From: a virus
IMG/VR virus record: IMGVR_UViG_3300027896_000001
Coordinates: 1-64,000 of that record
Length of the DNA stretch: 64,000 nucleotides
Direction: 5' to 3' (one strand)
Numbering within the stretch: the first letter of the stretch is position 1; each line of letters starts with the position of its first letter. The notes under the pieces are model-generated. The model was not told the DNA's origin. It worked only from the letters and a program-made list of their open reading frames with translations, and ran no database searches. This document shows, in pieces, positions 57,325 to 64,000 of this stretch. Position numbers and translations under genes: made by a program.

Positions 57325-59439
57325 ATGTATGAAGATGTAGGCGGCGGTACTATAATATCTCCTGCTACTGGAACGGGATTGCAGGGTGGAGGAAACATTC
57401 AGGTTTCTTTTTCCCGTGGCAGCATCCGTTACGACAGCCCTTTTCTGGACATGACGTCTACATTTATTCCAAGAACAATTAAAGGAATTCTTAAATTTAT
57501 TGCCGCTTATGTATGCAGTGACGGATTGTTAAGTCAATGCATAGCAAAAATGAGTGAATATCCAATTACGAATCTTATTTATAAAGATGATGACCCCTCT
57601 GCGCTTAATGATGATGAAACAATAAAAAAATGGAAAAATATTCTTGAAAATTCGATGGGAATTCTTCGTTCTCTTAAACAGGCGGGAATGGATTATCATG
57701 CATATGGAAATTCAATTGTTTCCATAAATTATCCTTTTAAAAGAATGCTGCTATGTCCAAGATGCAAGAAAAAGCATACCGCGGACGGCTTAAAAGTTAA
57801 ATTTGAAATGTTTAAATTTAAAGCGAAATGTCCAAATTTGAAATGCGGATATGAAGGAGAAATGGATGCAACCGATCTTAATACAAAAGAAATCAGCAAA
57901 CTCGGGATTGTACATTGGGATATTCTTTACATAGATATTAAATACAATTCAATTACCGGAGACCATTTTTATTACTATACAATTCCTGCCGATCTTCAAT
58001 TTGCGATTCGGCGCGGAGATATGGACATTGTAAACGGAACACGTCTTGAAATTATTCGAGCTGTTGAAAAGCGAAAACAATTAAAATTGATGGCTGATAA
58101 TGTGTTCCATCTTAAACGTCCGGCGCCACAATACATCGTGCCTGGTGAAAGAGGATGGGGAATTCCTGCCGTCATGCCTGTGCTCAAGGATGTATTTCAT
58201 ACGAAGGTTCTGAAAAAAGGAAACGAGATGATCGCATTTGATCATATCGTTCCGCTTCGTATTTTGTTTCCGGAAGGCACTGGAGACGTAAGCCCTCATG
58301 CGACAATTAATCTTTCCGATTGGCGCGCGAAAATTGAACAAGAAATACGTCGATGGAGAAGTGACCCCAACTACATATCGATAGTTCCCATTCCTCTTGG
58401 AATGCAAAATTTCAGTGGGGACGCTCGCTTGTTAATGGTGACGCCTGAAATAAAAGCAACAGAAGATACAATAATCACTGGTATGGGTGTAATACCTGAG
58501 ATTATTCGTGGAGGAGCATCGTGGTCTGGAAGTAATGTATCCCTTCGAGTGATTGAAAACAGTTTTATCAATCATCGTACCGATATGCACAGCATGATAG
58601 ATTTTATTGTTAAAAATGTATCCAGTTTTATGGGGATACCGAAAATCAGCATCAAGATGGCTGATTTTAAAATGGCAGACGATCTTGAAAAGAAAAAGTT
58701 GATGATTCAAATAGCCAGTCAAAGTGGAGCTGATTCTCTTGTTTCGAAAACTTCAGTCATGCGGGAACTTGATCTCGATCCTGATCAGGAATATAAAAAT
58801 ATTCAGGAAGACCTGAAACGCAGATTGGAATTGAAAGTTCAGGAAGCTGAAGGACAAGCAGAGGCTCAAGGAGCAGCCACGATCATTCAGGCCCTATATG
58901 CTGCCGACGCCCAGATAGAACAAAACAAACGGATGGAAATGAACCAGAATGAAGCTCTGCGGAAGCGTGATGAAGCCAACGCTAAACAAAGCCAGCAAAA
59001 TGCTCCTGGAGTACAACAGGATGTGGCTGCATTATCTCAAAAACGTGGACAAGACCCATCCATGGTATCCATACCGAACCTGATTCTTATCATTACTCAA
59101 AGGTTCGCAAAACTGGCACAATTTGATGTTGGTGAGTTTAAAATACGCATGCTGGCAATGAAAGCTGCGACTCCAAGTCTTTATGCAGAGGTTTATAAGA
59201 ACCTTAAAGAGATGAATCTTATAGCTTTAGATACATTACCTCAAGAACAAATAGAACAAATGGCTAAAAATCCCGCAGCTCAAGAGGGCGCCTTACCAAC
59301 TCACTCTCAAGGGGCAGACAACGCAGAAACGCCTGCAAGCCCTGCAGAAGCCGGGGCAGACCCAAACGTAGTTGCTGCTGAACCTGTTAGACAACTGCCT
59401 GAATCAAGGCCTCCACGTTCTTCTAAAGCCCCAATTTAG
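57325..59439 (+). CDS. Portal-like protein with an inserted Zn-ribbon
   Basis: CIAKMSEYPIT, DYHAYGNSIV, NVFHLKR, GWGIP, IITGMGVIPEII.GG.SWS, VSKTSVMREL follow the portal motif order; CPRC...CPNLKC insert. Confidence 0.7.
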   Translation: MYEDVGGGTIISPATGTGLQGGGNIQVSFSRGSIRYDSPFLDMTSTFIPRTIKGILKFIAAYVCSDGLLSQCIAKMSEYPITNLIYKDDDPSALNDDETIKKWKNILENSMGILRSLKQAGMDYHAYGNSIVSINYPFKRMLLCPRCKKKHTADGLKVKFEMFKFKAKCPNLKCGYEGEMDATDLNTKEISKLGIVHWDILYIDIKYNSITGDHFYYYTIPADLQFAIRRGDMDIVNGTRLEIIRAVEKRKQLKLMADNVFHLKRPAPQYIVPGERGWGIPAVMPVLKDVFHTKVLKKGNEMIAFDHIVPLRILFPEGTGDVSPHATINLSDWRAKIEQEIRRWRSDPNYISIVPIPLGMQNFSGDARLLMVTPEIKATEDTIITGMGVIPEIIRGGASWSGSNVSLRVIENSFINHRTDMHSMIDFIVKNVSSFMGIPKISIKMADFKMADDLEKKKLMIQIASQSGADSLVSKTSVMRELDLDPDQEYKNIQEDLKRRLELKVQEAEGQAEAQGAATIIQALYAADAQIEQNKRMEMNQNEALRKRDEANAKQSQQNAPGVQQDVAALSQKRGQDPSMVSIPNLILIITQRFAKLAQFDVGEFKIRMLAMKAATPSLYAEVYKNLKEMNLIALDTLPQEQIEQMAKNPAAQEGALPTHSQGADNAETPASPAEAGADPNVVAAEPVRQLPESRPPRSSKAPI

Positions 59440-59479
59440 GGTTGCGGCCGCCACCCAGTCCTCCGCCGCGATCCGTGCG

Positions 59480-59596
59480 GTGGCCCAAAGTGGAGAAATC
59501 CATCTGGGCCACCCATTTATGTTCTAAATTGAGACATGATAGGTAAAAAAAAGTTCTGATGATGGGTAAAAACAGGAACCCTTTCGGGTTCCTTTT
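59480..59596. terminator. Hairpins between convergent transcription units
   Basis: GTGGCCCA...TGGGCCAC (59480-59512) and GGAACCC-TTTC-GGGTTCC flanked by AAAA and TTTT (bidirectional). Confidence 0.7.
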
Positions 59597-59623
59597 CCGG
59601 AATACGAAAATGGTTAGAAGACA

Positions 59624-59959
59624 TTATCCCACCGGCGTTCCCACCGACTGTTCCGACTGATACGGGTCAGAGTTCATTAACGCTTCGAGAACCGATTTTT
59701 CAAATGCTTTCAGAGAATTTGTCTCCAAAACCACACCGGTCTCATCGAGAATTCTGAACAATGTTTTAGGGTCAACCTCCAGATTACACACCTTTCCACC
59801 ATAACACGAATGAATAATAACTTCATTTGTTTTCTGGCCTCCAGGTTTTCCTCCGGCAGAAGGTTTACCATACCTGCAATCAATCGAGCCAATCGATGAA
59901 AATGGGACTATGAATGTCTTCATACCATTTTCGCCCAATTGGATTATGTGCAGTACCAT
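59624..59959 (-). CDS. Hypothetical protein
   Basis: ORF downstream of the Ubl operon; start uncertain. Confidence 0.55.
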   Translation of the reverse strand: MVLHIIQLGENGMKTFIVPFSSIGSIDCRYGKPSAGGKPGGQKTNEVIIHSCYGGKVCNLEVDPKTLFRILDETGVVLETNSLKAFEKSVLEALMNSDPYQSEQSVGTPVG

Positions 59960-59985
59960 ACATGTTCTTCTTTCCTTTTTTGGTT

Positions 59986-60018
59986 AAATCAAGGGAGAAT
60001 TTCTTCTCCCTTGATTTT
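59986..60018 (-). terminator. Stem-loop closing the Ubl operon
   Basis: 14-bp perfect stem AAATCAAGGGAGAA-TTTC-TTCTCCCTTGATTT, ~35 nt after the Ubl stop. Confidence 0.7.
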
Positions 60019-60051
60019 CTTTACACTCGATTGATAGAAACGCTCGGAAGA

Positions 60052-60528
60052 TCAGTTGCCTTTGACGACTTGGCTGCAAATGACGCGTACTTTGCCACTC
60101 GACGGCCTTTGCAGAACGTAATCGATTTTTACAGGCTCGTTAACGCCGGCAATCCTGAATTCGAAAGCAGGATCGCCGTTGGCCCGGAAAAACGATGAAC
60201 GGTCAGCGTCGGGAAGCTGATCAAGAGTTTGTTTGATGGTATACCCGTCCATGGCGGGGAGGGTTATCCCCCTCCCTCCGCCAAGACGGAGAATTTCGAC
60301 CTCGAACGGGTCCAGGTTGCCCTTGACCATTTTGGAGATATAGATCACATCGCCATCGTACAAGGTCGTGTCAAGGTAAACGCGTTCCTGCCGGCGAGTT
60401 ACCTCGCCTTCGACGAATTCCCGTTCAGCCTGTTCGAAGAGTTTTTCCACCGTCGAATTCGGTTCGAGGGCGAAACTTTGAATCTCCGTATTCAGCTGAA
60501 CAATTTTTACTACGATATGATTTGGCAT
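60052..60528 (-). CDS. Tandem ubiquitin-like (beta-grasp) protein
   Basis: Domain 1 VKIV...STVEKLF...LYDGDVIYISKMVKGN (ThiS/MoaD-like LxDGDxI); domain 2 ends VICSQVVKGN. Confidence 0.8.
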   Translation of the reverse strand: MPNHIVVKIVQLNTEIQSFALEPNSTVEKLFEQAEREFVEGEVTRRQERVYLDTTLYDGDVIYISKMVKGNLDPFEVEILRLGGGRGITLPAMDGYTIKQTLDQLPDADRSSFFRANGDPAFEFRIAGVNEPVKIDYVLQRPSSGKVRVICSQVVKGN

Positions 60529-60564
60529 GATTTAATACCCTTTCCAGTATTTTGTTGTTATTAA

Positions 60565-61347
60565 TTACATCACTTCTGTTGAAATTGGCATAGCTAATAC
60601 TGGTTCTTCGCCGAAACATCGTAGATAGAACGTTTCAGGATATAGAGAGAATTGAACTTCATTCCACTGCATATAACCCTGATCTTTTCCACCTCTGATA
60701 TTATCGTCTCCGTACCGCATATTAAAATGTTGAATTATTCTTCCAACTGCAAGACTTGACAAAAAACTTACAGTTGAAACTATTGACTGACTTGTTCCGC
60801 ATAAGGAATTTTCAGCGACGTCATCGGAATACAACGTCTTTTTCCACTCTTCAACGTGCGCACCATTGTTCGGGTTAAACGAATAGATCCGACCATCTTT
60901 CAAACCCATTCTCGTTTCTACCAACAAATCAGTATTAAACGGGAATCGCAAGTGTTTGTCGAAGATTTCCTTCCTGCTCGACATTGTGTCAGTTAGCAAG
61001 AAAACGTAAGTGGATCTTAATAGATCCGAGTTGGTTTTGTCATCAACCATCTGATTGTAAGCCTCGATTTTGAAGCCGCATTTTCTTAAAATTATTTCAT
61101 TAAGGGCCTCAACTTTGGGCTTTCCTATGTGGCCTTCCTCATAAATCTGATTGGCTAGATTGTGAGGCTCGACCTTATCTCCATCGAACACACGTAATAC
61201 TCCCTGGCCATGGGCGGCGTCTCCCCAACCCATTTGGGCAAGAAGTAGCGCGACATACGAACCGGTCGCGCCGACCCCAATCAAGGAAATTGATTTATCT
61301 TTAATTTGTTTAGGATCGAGGAGCCCAGATTGGCGTGAATAATCCAT
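60565..61347 (-). CDS. E1-like ThiF/MoeB family adenylating enzyme
   Basis: YSRQ, IGVGATGS, FDGDKVEPHNLANQ, IGKPKVEAL, LTDTMSSR; candidate catalytic Cys in SLCG. Confidence 0.92.
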   Translation of the reverse strand: MDYSRQSGLLDPKQIKDKSISLIGVGATGSYVALLLAQMGWGDAAHGQGVLRVFDGDKVEPHNLANQIYEEGHIGKPKVEALNEIILRKCGFKIEAYNQMVDDKTNSDLLRSTYVFLLTDTMSSRKEIFDKHLRFPFNTDLLVETRMGLKDGRIYSFNPNNGAHVEEWKKTLYSDDVAENSLCGTSQSIVSTVSFLSSLAVGRIIQHFNMRYGDDNIRGGKDQGYMQWNEVQFSLYPETFYLRCFGEEPVLAMPISTEVM

Positions 61348-61348
61348 G

Positions 61349-62230
61349 TCAGAACTCCTCGTACCGTTCCATCATTCGTTTTACTTCTGCTTCCGTGGCT
61401 TCCGGGTGCAAGCCACGGTACATTTCATCTTCTTCATCCATCGCTCCTCCATTAAATTGTGGAGGTGTAGCTCCCGGAAACACCTTCGGAAGAGGAGCGC
61501 GATAATCATCACGATGATAAACAAATGGAGCCGTGTAACTTGTCGGCTCAGGAGGTATATTAATTTTTTTAAGTTCTTCGATTTTTTCTTTTATTTTTTC
61601 AGATTCCGGATCAGCTGTGCATGCTTCCATGATTTTTGCAAGTTTCAATCCATGGGCAAGGTTTGAATCCAGAACTCCTTTAATTTCTGTAAGCTTTTGT
61701 GTTAATAATGTTTCGTTGTCGAATTCCTCGGCAGACCAAACAATATTGTCAAATCTTATTTGTTTTGCATAGTCAAAGAATGAAACCGACATTAATCCGT
61801 CATTGTTAACGATAACCCTGATAACATCGGCTTTTGTCGAAGACATTCTTTCCAATGCTTGTGTATCGTCTTGACCTGAAGCGAACACTCCCATTGAATG
61901 ATGGGAATGTCCCCATAACATCATTTTACTTATATCTTCTTCGCGGCCATGTGAAAGAAGCCATTCTATTAATTTCGCTTCTCCCTCAGAGGATATCTCA
62001 CACGTAGCGGCTGACGCTAATTGGTGTTTGGGATAGAAAATATCTCTGACAAAATAAGAATATTCCGCAACCTTGTCGACAACCCCATAAAACCCAATTT
62101 CATGGGCATGTAAATCGACAAGGTTTTCAATCCATTTCAGGGAAAGCCGTGAGAAAACGATCGTCGGGGGAGTCTTTCTCTCAGGCTTTAAAATTATATA
62201 TGTTGGTGCTGTTTGCGTGTTCTTCATCAT
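61349..62230 (-). CDS. JAB/MPN+ metallopeptidase (deubiquitinase-like)
   Basis: EIGFYG plus WGHSHHSMGVFASGQD = E...HxH-x7-S-x2-D. Confidence 0.88.
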   Translation of the reverse strand: MMKNTQTAPTYIILKPERKTPPTIVFSRLSLKWIENLVDLHAHEIGFYGVVDKVAEYSYFVRDIFYPKHQLASAATCEISSEGEAKLIEWLLSHGREEDISKMMLWGHSHHSMGVFASGQDDTQALERMSSTKADVIRVIVNNDGLMSVSFFDYAKQIRFDNIVWSAEEFDNETLLTQKLTEIKGVLDSNLAHGLKLAKIMEACTADPESEKIKEKIEELKKINIPPEPTSYTAPFVYHRDDYRAPLPKVFPGATPPQFNGGAMDEEDEMYRGLHPEATEAEVKRMMERYEEF

Positions 62231-63453
62231 TGTGCGGCCGCCACTTCAACCTGTTCATGATAAAGTGGAAAATATTTTGCATGGCATCCCCACCCGTCAT
62301 CAAGATCAGGATTTTTGATAAATCTGATTAATATTTCTGAAGCCATGACAATGTCTTTTTTAGAAAAAGCGGTAAACAGTTGTTCAAACGCTTTTCCAAA
62401 ACAAACATCTCCACCATGTATGATATGACCGCCGTCCCAAGCTTCGCCGCCATATTCAATGTGGCGAGTCCTGTTTTTGATCTTTATCAGATCATGAGGG
62501 ATTTGTCCTGAGGAAAGTTCGCACAATAGGATGTTTGAATTTATTAGGATTTCGTATTTTCCAAGGTCGTATCGATTGCCGTTATTCAACACCTCTGTTA
62601 TCATATTTTTAGTCAGCAAAACGATATTTCCTGTAACATCTACATAGACTTCTTCGAGGAGGTTGTCCTCTGAATTAAGTTGGTTTATTTGTGCCAATAT
62701 TTTTTCTATTTGAGGATTGGCATTAATTGGTTTTGATAATGTTTCTATTTCGTTTTGAAGAACAATCATTCTTGAAGAAAGTTTACTGAGTTCCGCGATT
62801 CTTTCAAATAATATATTGCTTGCTGACGCCATTTGATTACGCATTGCTTTTGCAAGAATAACAGAAACTATTCCTGTGTCAGCCTTTTGATGAGCCGGAA
62901 GCAATGTCGAATATTCTTTAATAACAGCCTCTTCGCTATAATCATCTTCTTCATTGTTTCGTGGGCCATCGTCTTCACGAAGAATTGGACCACGCCGGCG
63001 CACTGTTATCGCAATATTTCCTGGTGGCGGAACAGGATGCGTTCTTTGTAGCGGAACAGGATCTGTTCTTTGTGGCGGAACAGGATGTGTTCTGCCCATA
63101 TCCAGGCCTCTTTCACGTACAGGTTCTTCAGGCTGTGGAGGCAATCCTTGCACAGCCACGTACGGGCCTTCATCCATTTCTCTTGCAGGAGCGACTTCTT
63201 CTTGCGGAGCTTCTTGGGGAGCTACATTAATATAAAAAGTATCTCCTTCTCCGCCGCTAAGAACTAATGCGCCATCTGCATGAGACGAATATTGGTTTTC
63301 AATTATGTCAGCAACCTCGTCTATATGAGCACTATCAATATCAATAACAAGATCGCTGCCGATTTGTTGCATTCCTTTCGAATATTGGAAAATATCGGAA
63401 GTTACATTGTTTATGTTAATTCCTGTATTTCCCTTAATCATTAATATGGCCAT
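62227..63453 (-). CDS. Coiled-coil protein with a C-terminal E2 (UBC)-like domain
   Basis: DLGKYEI...GHIIHGGDVCFG followed by two helices and D..G; paralogous to 63470..63988. Confidence 0.6.
   Translation of the reverse strand: MAILMIKGNTGININNVTSDIFQYSKGMQQIGSDLVIDIDSAHIDEVADIIENQYSSHADGALVLSGGEGDTFYINVAPQEAPQEEVAPAREMDEGPYVAVQGLPPQPEEPVRERGLDMGRTHPVPPQRTDPVPLQRTHPVPPPGNIAITVRRRGPILREDDGPRNNEEDDYSEEAVIKEYSTLLPAHQKADTGIVSVILAKAMRNQMASASNILFERIAELSKLSSRMIVLQNEIETLSKPINANPQIEKILAQINQLNSEDNLLEEVYVDVTGNIVLLTKNMITEVLNNGNRYDLGKYEILINSNILLCELSSGQIPHDLIKIKNRTRHIEYGGEAWDGGHIIHGGDVCFGKAFEQLFTAFSKKDIVMASEILIRFIKNPDLDDGWGCHAKYFPLYHEQVEVAAAQ
63024..63093. repeat. 24-bp tandem repeat x3 encoding RT(H/D)PVP(P/L)(Q/P)
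   Basis: GTGGCGGAACAGGATGCGTTCTTT units in the linker of 62227..63453. Confidence 0.9.
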
Positions 63454-63469
63454 GCAGACTCCTTTGCAG

Positions 63470-63988
63470 TTAAATGGTCACTCTCACCGGCAGCGCATCT
63501 GCCAGCAAATCATCAAACTTCTTTTCTGTTTCTTTTTTCTTTTCGTAAATTAAAAACTCTTCATGATCTTCGCCCAAAGCTACGGATTCAGGGACTTCGG
63601 GCCATGTATTGACATGTTGTCCGGCCCCATCAGACGTGTTTGCCGTCTGAAGGAATATGAGAATTTGATAAACCAAATCAAATAGATTTCTTTGTCTGTA
63701 TGCTTCAACCATGCCTGTTGCAAGGTTGCCATGACAAGCGTGCCCGTCTTCAAATACATGGGGCGCGTGAAATCCTGTATTCATTCCCATACCGCCGGTA
63801 AATTTTGTATTGAAAATTCGCACAGTGTTATTCGTGTTATAGGAAAAATCAAGCATACCAATGGTGATATGAAAAGTTCCAATATCGTGCCATTTTTTGC
63901 TTCTTTCATCCTTCACGTATAAATTTTTCGTATATACATGAACGGTTCCTTCACGAATATAAATTGCTGAAACTTTATTAATAGCCAT
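63470..63988 (-). CDS. E2 (UBC)-like protein, probably 5'-truncated by the window edge
   Basis: FHAPHVFEDGHACHGN resembles the HPN/H...G.IC E2 active site; frame is open to 64000. Confidence 0.65.
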   Translation of the reverse strand: MAINKVSAIYIREGTVHVYTKNLYVKDERSKKWHDIGTFHITIGMLDFSYNTNNTVRIFNTKFTGGMGMNTGFHAPHVFEDGHACHGNLATGMVEAYRQRNLFDLVYQILIFLQTANTSDGAGQHVNTWPEVPESVALGEDHEEFLIYEKKKETEKKFDDLLADALPVRVTI

Positions 63989-64000
63989 AGTGTCATTATA

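Noticed and set aside
6544-58722. Numerous minus-strand ORFs in the track opposite the structural genes (and plus-strand ORFs opposite the minus blocks)
   Set aside because: Shadow ORFs of longer motif-bearing genes, with no recognisable motifs.
60565-61347. ThiF/MoeB as thiamine or molybdopterin biosynthesis
   Set aside because: No thi/moa genes nearby; neighbours are JAB and E2-like genes; the Ubl lacks a GG end; the usual CxxC Zn pairs are absent.
63024-63093. 24-bp repeats as a mini-CRISPR
   Set aside because: Head-to-tail with no spacers, in frame within a Pro-rich linker.
1-64000. Alternative genetic code (stop-codon recoding)
   Set aside because: Very long ORFs are intact in the standard code, and TAA, TAG and TGA all end genes that are followed by RBS-led starts.
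1-64000. tRNA or rRNA genes, IS elements, introns/inteins
   Set aside because: No cloverleaf, transposase or intein/intron signature recognised by eye; tRNAscan/Infernal were not run.

Overview
This 64-kb window reads as part of a large, myovirus-like (contractile-tailed, probably jumbo) phage genome using the standard genetic code. It has three blocks. (1) 1-5718, minus strand: small early/accessory genes, including an HNH protein and a UDP-sugar 4-epimerase, ending at an AT-rich divergent intergenic region that holds a 229-bp imperfect palindrome. (2) 6539-59439, plus strand: a long late/structural block. It contains a tail-chaperone pair with a CCCAAAA -1 frameshift site, tape-measure-like and baseplate-like genes, beta-helix and beta-propeller fibre proteins with Thr/Pro/Ser linkers, glycosyltransferases, a GH16 enzyme and a portal-like gene. 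Thirteen ORFs interleaved in this block share a ~20-aa tag, F(D/E)QIKEAAF(I/V)DEL(E/Q)KI(A/S), fused to unrelated cargo; the cargo includes a LigD-type 3'-phosphoesterase, an ATP-dependent DNA ligase and glycine-zipper proteins. A sigma factor and a CYTH protein sit in the same cluster. (3) 59624-64000, minus strand: an apparent complete ubiquitin-like conjugation operon (E2-like, E2-like, JAB peptidase, E1/ThiF, and a tandem Ubl whose two domains both end in VKGN). The two best candidates for an undescribed system are this phage-borne ubiquitination operon and the shared tag, which may be a capsid-targeting/protease-cleavage signal that loads DNA-repair and membrane proteins into the virion. 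All product calls come from motifs read by eye; no database searches were run.
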